Under the pieces are notes generated by a model. That model was given only the letters and a program-made list of their open reading frames with translations. It had not been told where the DNA came from and did not search any database. From NCBI GenBank assembly GCA_016195085.1, contig JACQAG010000022.1:10700-74699 (forward strand): DNA of 64,000 nucleotides, in the 5' to 3' direction. This stretch comes from Pseudomonadota bacterium. GTDB taxonomy: Bacteria; Pseudomonadota; Alphaproteobacteria; SHVZ01. Positions 19,512-31,814 of the stretch are shown here, one piece after another (the first letter of the stretch is position 1; every line of letters begins with the position of its first letter). The translations under genes and the position numbers were made by a program.

Positions 19512-20579
19512 GTGGCGCGGGTGACGCTGACGGGCGTGAGCAAAAGCTTCGGGACGGTCGAGGTCGTGCACGATCTCGACCTCGAGGTCGCCGACACGGA
19601 ATTCGTGGTACTGGTCGGCCCGTCGGGCTGCGGCAAGTCGACGATCTTGAGGATGATCGCCGGCCTGGAAGAGGCGAGCCAGGGTGACATCCTGATCGGC
19701 GACCGGCTGGTCAACAATGTCCCGCCCAAGCATCGCGACATCGCCATGGTCTTCCAGAACTACGCCCTCTATCCGCATATGAGCGTCTATCGGAACATGG
19801 CCTTCGCGCTCCGCGCCAAGCGCCTCGAGCCGGCCGAGATCGACCGCAAGGTCAAGGCGGCGGCGGCGATCCTCGGCCTGGAGGAGTATTTGGAGCGGCG
19901 GCCGGGCGAGCTCTCCGGCGGACAACGCCAGCGGGTCGCCATGGGCCGCGCCATCGTGCGCGATCCCGCGGTGTTTCTCTTCGACGAGCCTTTGTCCAAT
20001 CTCGATGCCAAGCTCCGCACCCAGATGCGGGCCGAGATCAAGAAGCTGCACCAGCGCTTGAGGACCACGATCATCTATGTGACGCACGACCAGGTCGAGG
20101 CGATGACCTTGGCCGACCGGATCGTCATCTTGCGCCAGGGCCGGGTCGAGCAGATCGGCACGCCGGGCGAGGTTTATCGCAGGCCCGCCAATCTGTTCGT
20201 CGCCGGCTTCATCGGCACGCCGGCGATGAATTTCCTCCCCGCCCGCCTCGCCGAGGGCGGTGTCGTGCTCGCCGACGGCAGTCGATGGTCCTTGCCCAGG
20301 CGACCAGCGGCGGAGGCGGGGCGGGAGGTCATCATCGGGCTCCGCCCGGAAGATGTGCGGCTTGCCGACGGCCCGGCTGCCGGGCGCTTCGAGGCAAGGG
20401 TCTCCATCGTCGAGCCCCTGGGCCCGGAATCGCTCATCACCGTCCTCTTCGCCGGTCAGGAAGTGGTGGCGAAGGCCGATGGCGACGCCGCTCCCGGCAT
20501 CGGCACCCCGCTCCAGCTCGAAGCCAACCTCCAGCGCCTGCATCTCTTCGATCAGACCAGCGGAATGGCGCTGATTTAG
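19512..20579 (+). CDS. MalK/UgpC-type ABC ATPase
   Basis: GPSGCGKS, LSGGQRQR, FDEPLSNLD, YVTHDQ. Confidence 0.92.
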   Translation: MARVTLTGVSKSFGTVEVVHDLDLEVADTEFVVLVGPSGCGKSTILRMIAGLEEASQGDILIGDRLVNNVPPKHRDIAMVFQNYALYPHMSVYRNMAFALRAKRLEPAEIDRKVKAAAAILGLEEYLERRPGELSGGQRQRVAMGRAIVRDPAVFLFDEPLSNLDAKLRTQMRAEIKKLHQRLRTTIIYVTHDQVEAMTLADRIVILRQGRVEQIGTPGEVYRRPANLFVAGFIGTPAMNFLPARLAEGGVVLADGSRWSLPRRPAAEAGREVIIGLRPEDVRLADGPAAGRFEARVSIVEPLGPESLITVLFAGQEVVAKADGDAAPGIGTPLQLEANLQRLHLFDQTSGMALI

Positions 20580-20617
20580 GCCGTTCCGCTAGCTGTTGTG
20601 GCCGGGACGCATCCTGA

Positions 20618-20665
20618 GAACAAAGCGTGAATTTTTCTTCTGGACAGCGAGAACAAAGCATGTAC
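20618..20665 (+). promoter_or_regulatory. two alphaproteobacterial LexA (SOS) boxes
   Basis: GAAC-N7-GAAT (20618-20632) and GAAC-N7-GTAC (20651-20665) upstream of recA. Confidence 0.8.
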
Positions 20666-20721
20666 TCTTGCCGTCATTGCGCCGGCCGCGGCGCTTGTGA
20701 AATAACCGGGAGACGGGATCC

Positions 20722-21792
20722 ATGACGACGGTTCTGCGGGTCATCGAAAGGGACGGCGTGGACAAGACCAAGGCCTTGGATGCGGCTCTCAGCCAAATCG
20801 AGCGCGCCTTCGGCAAGGGCTCGATCATGAAGCTCGGGGCCCGCGAGGGCTCGGTCGAGACCGAGGTGGTGTCGACGGGATCCCTCGGCCTCGACATCGC
20901 GCTCGGCATCGGCGGTTTGCCCAGGGGCCGCGTCGTCGAGATCTACGGGCCGGAGAGCTCCGGCAAGACCACCTTGGCCTTGCATGTGATCGCCGAGGCG
21001 CAGAAGGCGGGCGGCATCTGCGCCTTCGTCGATGCCGAGCATGCGCTCGATCCCGGCTATGCGAAAAAGCTCGGTGTCGACGTGGACGAGCTCTTGATCA
21101 GCCAGCCCGACGCCGGCGAGCAGGCCCTCGAGATCGCCGACACGCTGGTGCGCTCCGGTGCGGTCGATGTTCTGGTGGTTGATTCGGTCGCAGCCCTCGT
21201 TCCCCGCGCCGAGCTCGAGGGCGAGATGGGCGACAACCATATGGGATTGCATGCCCGCCTGATGAGCCAGGCCTTGCGCAAGCTCACCGGCTCGATCTCC
21301 AAGTCCCGCTGCATGGTCATCTTCATCAACCAGATCCGCATGAAGATCGGCGTGATGTTCGGTAATCCGGAGACCACCACCGGCGGCCACGCGCTCAAAT
21401 TCTATGCTTCGGTCCGCCTCGACATCCGTCGCATCGGCGCCATCAAGGAGCGCGAGCAGGTCATCGGCAACCAGACCCGGGTCAAGGTAGTGAAGAACAA
21501 GATGGCGCCGCCGTTCCGCGTCGTCGAGTTCGACATCATGTACGGCGAGGGTGTGTCCAAGACCGGCGAGCTCGTCGACCTGGGGGTGGCTGCCGGCGTG
21601 GTGGAGAAGTCCGGTGCCTGGTTCTCCTATGAGGGCCAGCGCATCGGCCAGGGCCGCGAGAACGCCAAGTCGTTCCTCAAGGCCAATCCCGCCACCGCCG
21701 AGGCGATCGAGCGCGCCATCCGCCAGAATGCCGGCCAGGTCGGCGACAAGATGATGGCCGCCAGCGGCGACAGCACGGCGGCGAGCGAGTAG
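20722..21792 (+). CDS. recA: recombinase RecA
   Basis: [28 protein letters not shown]. Confidence 0.98.
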   Translation: MTTVLRVIERDGVDKTKALDAALSQIERAFGKGSIMKLGAREGSVETEVVSTGSLGLDIALGIGGLPRGRVVEIYGPESSGKTTLALHVIAEAQKAGGICAFVDAEHALDPGYAKKLGVDVDELLISQPDAGEQALEIADTLVRSGAVDVLVVDSVAALVPRAELEGEMGDNHMGLHARLMSQALRKLTGSISKSRCMVIFINQIRMKIGVMFGNPETTTGGHALKFYASVRLDIRRIGAIKEREQVIGNQTRVKVVKNKMAPPFRVVEFDIMYGEGVSKTGELVDLGVAAGVVEKSGAWFSYEGQRIGQGRENAKSFLKANPATAEAIERAIRQNAGQVGDKMMAASGDSTAASE

Positions 21793-21924
21793 CTCCCGAG
21801 GGCTCGCCCAAACCGAAATCCTTCTCCGCCGGCCCCCCGCAACCCCGGTCGGGTTCCGCAGTTCCGCCTCATCCGATGCGGAACTCAAGCGCGGGATCCG
21901 ACTGCCCGGCGGAGGAGCGTGAGC

Positions 21925-21964
21925 CCGCAGGCCCGGCCCCGTCCGGGCCTGCGGCGCCTTTTTT
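21925..21964 (+). terminator. intrinsic terminator after recA
   Basis: CCGCAGGCCCGG/CCGGGCCTGCGG stem, then a T6 tract. Confidence 0.65.
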
Positions 21965-21974
21965 GGAGACTCCC

Positions 21975-22400
21975 ATGGAGCAGCGTCTGAGCCTGATAAC
22001 CCTGGGCGTGGCCGACCTGGAACGGAGCCGTCGCTTCTATGAGCGCTTGGGCTGGAAACCGTCATCGGCTGGCGATGGTCACGTGTTCTTCTACCAGCTC
22101 CCCGGCATGGCGCTGGCGCTGTGGTCGCGGGCCTCGCTTGCTGCCGATGCCGGAATTGCCGATGTCGGCACCGGTTTCGGCGGCATCGCGCTTGCCCAGA
22201 ATGTTCGCCGGCGCGACGAGGTGGACGCGGTTCTGAGCCAGGCGGAAGCCGCGGGCGGACGCATCCTCAAGGCCGGCTCGAATGCGTTCTGGGGCGGCTA
22301 TACGGGCTATTTCGCCGATCCCAACGACCATCCCTGGGAAGTGGCCTGGAATCCGCAATTCAGCCTGGCCGCGGACGGCAGTCTGAAACTGCCGGATTAG
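21975..22400 (+). CDS. VOC/glyoxalase family protein
   Basis: SLITLGVADL, FWGGYTGYFADP..HPWEVAWNP. Confidence 0.9.
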   Translation: MEQRLSLITLGVADLERSRRFYERLGWKPSSAGDGHVFFYQLPGMALALWSRASLAADAGIADVGTGFGGIALAQNVRRRDEVDAVLSQAEAAGGRILKAGSNAFWGGYTGYFADPNDHPWEVAWNPQFSLAADGSLKLPD

Positions 22401-22526
22401 GCCAGGGCAGGACCTCCGCCGCGATCGGATCGGTGTCCCGCCGTCCCAGTCCCGGGCACGCGCAGGGTGGGACAGGCGTGGAGTGCACCCCTTGGGTTAG
22501 GCAAAGGCATTAGGGACTAGCGAACT

Positions 22527-22628
22527 GCCCCCACCCCGTCCCTCCCCCGCATTCGCGGGGGTGGGTGTCGGAGAGGCGACATCGTGCCCCCTCCCTCGCC
22601 GCAGGCGGGGGAGGGATGGGGTGGGGGC
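22527..22628. repeat. REP-like doublet, CCCTCCCCC subfamily
   Basis: GCCCCCACCC...GGGTGGGGGC termini. Confidence 0.85.
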
Positions 22629-22746
22629 ATGCGCCGCCGCCCCCGGCCCTGGACAGGGCCAGATTCGCACGGTAGAAGCGGGCTCGCCCGCCAGCCGGTA
22701 TGGCTCGCCCTCCGGCGGCGGCCCTCCAGAGTTCGCGGGTCTGCCG

Positions 22747-25407
<2,661 letters not shown>

Positions 25408-25437
25408 GCCAGGTTCTCCGGTTCGACACATCTTGCT

Positions 25438-25470
25438 CCCTCTCCCGCTGGGAGAGGGTTGGGGTGAGGG
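25438..25470. repeat. left REP arm of DUF559 element
   Basis: CCCTCTCCC-gct-GGGAGAGGG-tt-GGGGTGAGGG, 7 nt before the ATG. Confidence 0.85.
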
Positions 25471-25477
25471 AAGGTCG

Positions 25478-25843
25478 ATGAGCATCGCTGGCGCGCGCAA
25501 GCTGCGCCGCCACCTGACCGATGTAGAGCGTCGCCTATGGACGGCGCTGCGCAATCGATAGCTCACCGGATTCAAGTTTCGTCGCCAGCACGCGCTGGGA
25601 CCCTATGTGTTGGACTTCTACTGTGAGCCCCACAAGCTGGCGATCGAAGTCGACGGCGGCCGGCACGGTGAAGCGAACGAGCACGACACCATCCGCACCG
25701 CATGGCTGGAAGCGCGGGGTTGCCGTGTCCTCAGGTTCTGGAACAACGAAGTGCTTGGCAATCTGCCCGGCGTCCTGGCAGCGTTGCCGGCTTCCCCTCA
25801 CCCGCTCGCTCGCGCTCGCGACCTCTCCCGACGGGAGAGGTAA
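25478..25843 (+). pseudogene. DUF559 (Vsr-like/PD-(D/E)XK) endonuclease with internal TAG
   Basis: ARKLRR.LT..E..LW..LRNR*LTGFKFRRQH..G.YVLDFYC..KLAIEVDGGRH...VLRFWNNEV; TAG at 25559-25561, frame continues. Confidence 0.88.
25794..25841. repeat. right REP arm of DUF559 element
   Basis: CCCCTCACCC-(small hairpin)-ACCTCTCCC-gac-GGGAGAGGT; overlaps the last codons. Confidence 0.85.
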
Positions 25844-25930
25844 ATTGCGAACGAAGAGGGCCCGATTGCGAGGGTACGTACTTTGCCGTTCTCTGCTAGC
25901 CTCTAGGCCGTGAGTCATTAGGGATCGATC

Positions 25931-26782
<852 letters not shown>

Positions 26783-26798
26783 GCGGCCGCCGGGTCTG

Positions 26799-27977
26799 AT
26801 GTTCACCCAATTTTTCCTCGAGCTGCGCCAAGCGCGGGTCCCGGCCACGCTCAACGAGTATCTGACCTTGATCGAAGCGATGCAGGCCGGCATCGCCCGG
26901 CATTCGATCGAGGATTTCTACTATCTCGCCCGCGCCTCTCTGGTGAAGGACGAAGCCAATCTCGACAAGTTCGACCGTGTCTTCGGCCGCTGCTTCAACG
27001 GCATCGAGACGCTCGATCTCGACCTTGTCGCCGAGATTCCCGAGGCGTGGCTCAAGAAGCTGGCCGAGACGCTTCTGAGCGAGGAGGAGAAGGCCAAGAT
27101 CGAAGCGTTGGGCGGCTGGGACAAGCTCATGGCGACCTTGCGCCAGCGCCTGGCCGAGCAAAAGGGCCGGCATCAGGGCGGCTCGAAATGGATCGGCACG
27201 GCGGGGACCTCGCCCTTCGGCGCCTACGGCTACAACCCCGAGGGTGTCAGGATCGGTCAAGAGGAGAGCCGCAACCGCCGCGCGGTCAAGGTCTGGGATC
27301 GGCGCGAGTATAAGAACCTCGACGACACCGTCGAGCTCGGCACCCGCAACATCAAGGTGGCCTTGCGCAAGCTCAGGCGTTTCGCCCGCGAGGGCGCGGC
27401 CTCCGAGCTCGACCTCCCCGGCACCATCCGCTCGACCGCGCACAATGCCGGCTGGCTCGATCTCAAGCTGGTGCCGGAGCGCCACAACACCATCAAGGTG
27501 CTGCTGTTCCTGGATGCCGGAGGCTCCATGGACGACCATGTGCGCGTCTGCGAGGAGCTGTTCTCGGCCGTCAGGGCGGAGTTCAAGCGCCTGGAATACT
27601 TCTATTTCCACAATTGCCCCTATGAGTGGGTGTGGCGCGACAACCGCCGGCGCTTCAACGAGCGGACCTCCACCCTCGAGGTCATGCGCAGCTATGGTGC
27701 CGACTACAAGCTGGTCTTCGTCGGCGATGCCAGCATGAGCGCCTATGAGATCGTGCGGCCCGGCGGCAGCGTCGAGCACTACAACGACGAGCCGGGGCAG
27801 ATCTGGATGCAGCGCCTGACCCAGCGCTACACCAAGGCGATCTGGCTCAATCCGGTTCCGGAGGAGCGCTGGGGCTACACCCAGTCGATCCGCGTCCTCG
27901 AGCGGCTGATGGCCGGCCGCATGTTTCCCCTGACGCTGGACGGGCTCGACCGCGGCATCCGCCTGCTCAATCGCTAG
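26799..27977 (+). CDS. VWA domain (CoxE-like) protein
   Basis: FLDAGGSM MIDAS-like, FVGDASM, WLNP; partner of MoxR. Confidence 0.9.
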   Translation: MFTQFFLELRQARVPATLNEYLTLIEAMQAGIARHSIEDFYYLARASLVKDEANLDKFDRVFGRCFNGIETLDLDLVAEIPEAWLKKLAETLLSEEEKAKIEALGGWDKLMATLRQRLAEQKGRHQGGSKWIGTAGTSPFGAYGYNPEGVRIGQEESRNRRAVKVWDRREYKNLDDTVELGTRNIKVALRKLRRFAREGAASELDLPGTIRSTAHNAGWLDLKLVPERHNTIKVLLFLDAGGSMDDHVRVCEELFSAVRAEFKRLEYFYFHNCPYEWVWRDNRRRFNERTSTLEVMRSYGADYKLVFVGDASMSAYEIVRPGGSVEHYNDEPGQIWMQRLTQRYTKAIWLNPVPEERWGYTQSIRVLERLMAGRMFPLTLDGLDRGIRLLNR

Positions 27978-27981
27978 CTCC

Positions 27982-28119
27982 GACCCTCACCCGCCTCGCT
28001 GCCGCTCGGCACCCTCTCCCGCCCGGGGAGGGTTGGGGAGGGGGTGATCCTCACCCCCTCCCATATTCCACCCCCGGCGGGAGAGGGAGGGGCCCGCGTC
28101 ATCGCGGGAGGGTGAGGGG
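27982..28119. repeat. composite REP-like palindrome with nested hairpin
   Basis: CCCTCACCC..CCCTCTCCC[nested]GGGAGAGGG..GGGTGAGGG between convergent genes. Confidence 0.85.
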
Positions 28120-28122
28120 CTG

Positions 28123-28647
28123 CTACCTGGCGCCGCCGGCGGCCCCGCGGAATTTGTCGATGGCTTTTCTCAGCGCCAGCGCCAGCTCGCGGCCGATGGC
28201 GCCGCCATCGCCTTGGATCTTGTGGGTCACCACCGAGGCCATGGCGTCGACATGGGCGGCGATCACCACCATCTGCGCATCGTTCACCTCTCTCAGGTCC
28301 TGAACGAAGCTGCAGCAGGAGCGGCCGAACTTGCTCAAGAGCGGGTAGCCGAAGGTCTCGCCGGCGCCACGCATCTCGTTGGTGAGAGCCTCGATGCGCC
28401 TGACTGCCGCCAGGCGCGCCATCCCGGAGGTGGCGTTCGCCTCGACCACCGCGGCCTGGATCGCCGCCAGCTCGCGAGCGGCCTGGGTCTCATAGTCGGG
28501 GGCGAGGCGACCGACCGCCGCCTGCGCGGCGGCGATGAGCTTCGGGTCGATCTCGCCCGGTCTTTGGCCGGGCGGCGCGCCGACCTTGTCGCGCAAGCGG
28601 TTCTTGCGGTGGATGACTTTGACCTTCGGCCGGTCGTCATTGCTCAT
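28123..28647 (-). CDS. Hpt-like helical protein
   Basis: NRLRDKVG; TNEMRGAGETFGYPLL resembles the HxxKG motif without His. Confidence 0.7.
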   Translation of the reverse strand: MSNDDRPKVKVIHRKNRLRDKVGAPPGQRPGEIDPKLIAAAQAAVGRLAPDYETQAARELAAIQAAVVEANATSGMARLAAVRRIEALTNEMRGAGETFGYPLLSKFGRSCCSFVQDLREVNDAQMVVIAAHVDAMASVVTHKIQGDGGAIGRELALALRKAIDKFRGAAGGAR

Positions 28648-29185
28648 GGCTGACCTCAATGTCGGCGGCAGTCGTCTGCCGACGCTCGGTCTTGGGTGGG
28701 GACAGGGCGTGGCGGCGTCGGTCCGGGCCGATGAAGCCCGGAGCGACGATGAAGGGCCTCGGCTTGTCGATCACCGCCAGCAGCCGCTCAGAGATGCTGT
28801 TGATCGACATCGGCTTGCCCAGGAACTCGTTGGCACCGAGGTCGCGCGCCCGCTCGACGGCACCGGTGTCGGTGTAGGCGTTCATCACGATCACCGGCAC
28901 GTATTTCACCTGCTCCTCTTCGTGGCTGCGCAGCCAGGTCAGGAATTCCGGACCGCTGCAGGTCGGCATGGTCCAGTCGGTGATCACGATGTCGATGCGG
29001 TTGGCGGCCTCGAAGCTCGCCTGCATGAGCGAGACGATGCCTTTCGCCTCGGCGCCGTCCCTGGCGGTCAGCACCCTGCCCACATGGTAGGCGCGCAGGA
29101 TCGCGGTGATCAGCCGCATCATGAACAGGTTGTCGTCGACGACGAGGACCGTCAGCTTGTCGAAGCGGTAGTATTGCTTGGCCAT
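28637..29185 (-). CDS. CheY-like response regulator with Arg-rich C-terminus (Cle-like)
   Basis: LVVDD, ITDWTMP, FLGKP; FIGPDRRR tail. Confidence 0.85.
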   Translation of the reverse strand: MAKQYYRFDKLTVLVVDDNLFMMRLITAILRAYHVGRVLTARDGAEAKGIVSLMQASFEAANRIDIVITDWTMPTCSGPEFLTWLRSHEEEQVKYVPVIVMNAYTDTGAVERARDLGANEFLGKPMSINSISERLLAVIDKPRPFIVAPGFIGPDRRRHALSPPKTERRQTTAADIEVSHEQ

Positions 29186-29242
29186 TGGCGAGGCGGAGCT
29201 TAGCACGAGGCGGCGCCGGCGAGAGCCTGCGCCGGGTCTCTC

Positions 29243-30502
29243 TCAGTCCGCAGTACCGATGCGCTCGGAGCCTTCGAGCGCGGTTGCCATGCCGGTCAGG
29301 TTCCGGAATGACCAGGCATAGGTCGCGAGCACCAGCATGGCGCCCAGCGCCAGCGGCCATCTGAGGCCGATCCACTCGGAGGCGACACCCATGATCAGCG
29401 CCCCCACCGCCGGGCCGCTGCGAAAGACCATGCCGTAGAGGCTCAGCACCCGGCCGCGCATGGCGGGCGCCACCGCGGACTGCACCAGGGTCTGCGCGGC
29501 AACGCCGTTCATCGTCATGGCAGCACCGGAGAAGCCGAGGGTGGCGACGCCGAGCCAGAACCAGTCGGTCACGCTGAACAGGAGCGCCGAGGCGGCCACG
29601 GCGGCACCGCTGGTGATCGACAACCGGGTGAGACCCTTGATGTGGCCGCGCTGGGCGAGCCAAAGCCCGCCGATCACCGCGCCGACGCCGACCGAGGCGG
29701 TCAGCATCGCCAAGCCGTCGGCGCCGCGTCCATAGATGGCCCCGGCGAAGCCCGGCAGCAGTTCGACGACCGGCCTGGCGCCGATGCTTCCGACCATCAG
29801 CAAGAGTAGGATCGGCCCGATTCCGCGGTGCCGGGCGGCGTAGGCGTAGCCCGCGCCGATGTCGCTGAGGAGGCCGCCCGTGGCCGGCTTCGCATGGACG
29901 CTGCGCGGAATGCGAATGCGCCAGAGCGAGGTCAAGAACGCGAGGAACATGACGGCATTGCAGGCGAATGCCCACGCCGGACCGGCGGCGACGATCGCCA
30001 GCCCAGCCGCCGAGGGCCCGAGAAAGCGCGCCGTGTTGAAGGTGATGGAGTTGATCGCCACCGCCACCGGCAGGTCGGCGCGCGGCACCAGATTGGCGAT
30101 GATCGACAGCCTGGCCGGCTGGTTGAACGCGGTCACCACCCCCTGAAACGCCGTCAGCGCCAGGAGATACCAGATGGTGAGCGTGCCGGTGAAGGCGAGG
30201 ACCGCCAGCGTGCTCGCTTGCGCCATCAGCAAGCCTTGGGTCAGGCGCGAGACGCTGAGCCCGTCATGGCGATCGACCACCGCGCCGGCGATGGGTGCGA
30301 CGAAGGTGCTGGGGAAGAATTCGGCGAACGACATGAGGCCGAGCCAGGCGCCGGATTGGGTCAGCTGCCAGGTGACCCAGCCGACCGCGATCCGCTGCAT
30401 CCAGGTGCCGATGAGCGAGATGCTGTTGCCCGACGCGTACACCCGATAATTCGGGTGGCTCAAAGCGCTGAGGATCGGTTTGAGGCGCGTCGGCAGCGGC
30501 AT
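29243..30502 (-). CDS. MFS transporter
   Basis: about 12 TM; SLIGTWMQR, GAVVDR, MRGRVLS. Confidence 0.9.
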   Translation of the reverse strand: MPLPTRLKPILSALSHPNYRVYASGNSISLIGTWMQRIAVGWVTWQLTQSGAWLGLMSFAEFFPSTFVAPIAGAVVDRHDGLSVSRLTQGLLMAQASTLAVLAFTGTLTIWYLLALTAFQGVVTAFNQPARLSIIANLVPRADLPVAVAINSITFNTARFLGPSAAGLAIVAAGPAWAFACNAVMFLAFLTSLWRIRIPRSVHAKPATGGLLSDIGAGYAYAARHRGIGPILLLLMVGSIGARPVVELLPGFAGAIYGRGADGLAMLTASVGVGAVIGGLWLAQRGHIKGLTRLSITSGAAVAASALLFSVTDWFWLGVATLGFSGAAMTMNGVAAQTLVQSAVAPAMRGRVLSLYGMVFRSGPAVGALIMGVASEWIGLRWPLALGAMLVLATYAWSFRNLTGMATALEGSERIGTAD

Positions 30503-30647
30503 CGGGCGAGAATTCTATCTGGCGCATAGCCGCTCCCCAGGGTCAAGCAAGATCCCCGCCGCGCGCCGGAAGCGGGTGACAAGCGCGGGTTCGACGTGCA
30601 GCATAGCGCCCGGTTTCAGCGACCCACGCATCCCCCGGGGGAGACTC

Positions 30648-31628
30648 ATGGCGTCCGACGGCAAGCCCGAAATCCTGTTCGTGGGCAGTATGCCCCAATG
30701 GTTCATGGAGCGCATGGCGCGGGACTTCAGCCTGCTCGAGCTGCAGAAGGCCAAGGACCAAGCCGCCTTCCTCAAGGAGGTGGGTCCGCGCATCCGCGCC
30801 ATCGGCGCTGCCGGGCCGGTCGAGCGCTTGCTGATCGAGGCATTGCCTGAGCTCGGACTCATCGCCGGCATGGGAGCCGGCTATGAGCGTCTCGACGTCG
30901 TTGCCGCCGGCGAGCGCGGGATCATGGTGACCAACACGCCGGGCGTCACCGATGAGTGCGTCGCCGACATGGCTTTCGCACTGCTGCTGGCTGTCGGCCG
31001 CCACATCGTCGCCGGCGACAGGTTCGTGCGCGCCGGCAAATGGCCGGGCAATTCCTATCCTTTGGTCAGCCGCGTGAACGGCCGCCGTCTCGGGATTTTG
31101 GGCCTGGGCCGCATCGGCCTCGCGATTGCCCGGCGCGCCGAAGCCTTCCGCATGCCGGTTGCCTATCACAACCGCAAGGCGCGCCAGGATCTGGCCTATC
31201 GTCACCATCCCAGCCTGGAGGACCTGGCGGCGGACTCGGACTATCTCGTCGTCGCTTGCCCCGGCGGACCGGGGACGCACCGCATCGTGAACGCCGCCGT
31301 GCTCCGCGCGCTCGGGCCCAAGGGCATCATCGTCAACATCGCGCGCGGCTCGATCATCGATGAGCCGGCGCTGCTGCGCGCCCTCCAGGACGGCACCGTC
31401 GCCGGGGCCGGCCTCGATGTCTTCGAGTTCGAGCCAGAGATGGACGCCGCCTTCATGAAGCTCGACAATGTCGTGCTGACGCCGCATCGCGGCGGCGGCA
31501 CCTACGAGACCTGGGAGGACGCCTGCGACCTGGTGAAGGCCAACCTCGCGCAGTTCTTCAAGGACGGCAGCGTGCTGACGCCGGTGCCGGAGATGCGGAA
31601 AAAGCAGATGAAGCGGGCGGGCGATTAG
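30648..31628 (+). CDS. D-2-hydroxyacid dehydrogenase
   Basis: GLGRIG, NIARG, LDVFE.EP, TPH. Confidence 0.92.
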   Translation: MASDGKPEILFVGSMPQWFMERMARDFSLLELQKAKDQAAFLKEVGPRIRAIGAAGPVERLLIEALPELGLIAGMGAGYERLDVVAAGERGIMVTNTPGVTDECVADMAFALLLAVGRHIVAGDRFVRAGKWPGNSYPLVSRVNGRRLGILGLGRIGLAIARRAEAFRMPVAYHNRKARQDLAYRHHPSLEDLAADSDYLVVACPGGPGTHRIVNAAVLRALGPKGIIVNIARGSIIDEPALLRALQDGTVAGAGLDVFEFEPEMDAAFMKLDNVVLTPHRGGGTYETWEDACDLVKANLAQFFKDGSVLTPVPEMRKKQMKRAGD

Positions 31629-31652
31629 CACGGGCCACTACCAAGATTGAAT

Positions 31653-31757
31653 GCCCCCACCCTGACCCTCCCCCGCCTTCCGGCGGGGGAGGGAATTGGA
31701 TGCTGCCTTTGACTCCCTCCCTCGCGCGTAAGCGCGGGGGAGGGCGGGGGTGGGGGC
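31653..31757. repeat. REP-like doublet, CCCTCCCCC subfamily
   Basis: GCCCCCACCC...GGGTGGGGGC termini. Confidence 0.85.
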
Positions 31758-31814
31758 ATTCGGAGCGAACACCCACGGTGCGTTCATCGCCGCAGCCATG
31801 ACCGGGCGCCGCTT

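Noticed and set aside
19281-22746. Long N-terminal extensions of the ABC ATPase (19281) and AlaS (22561), likewise NudF (3381)
   Set aside because: The extensions read through repeats or other genes; family-typical starts lie downstream.
25559-25561. TAG recoding or programmed readthrough in DUF559
   Set aside because: TAG ends normal genes here (recA, cobS, cobT); a point mutation is simpler.
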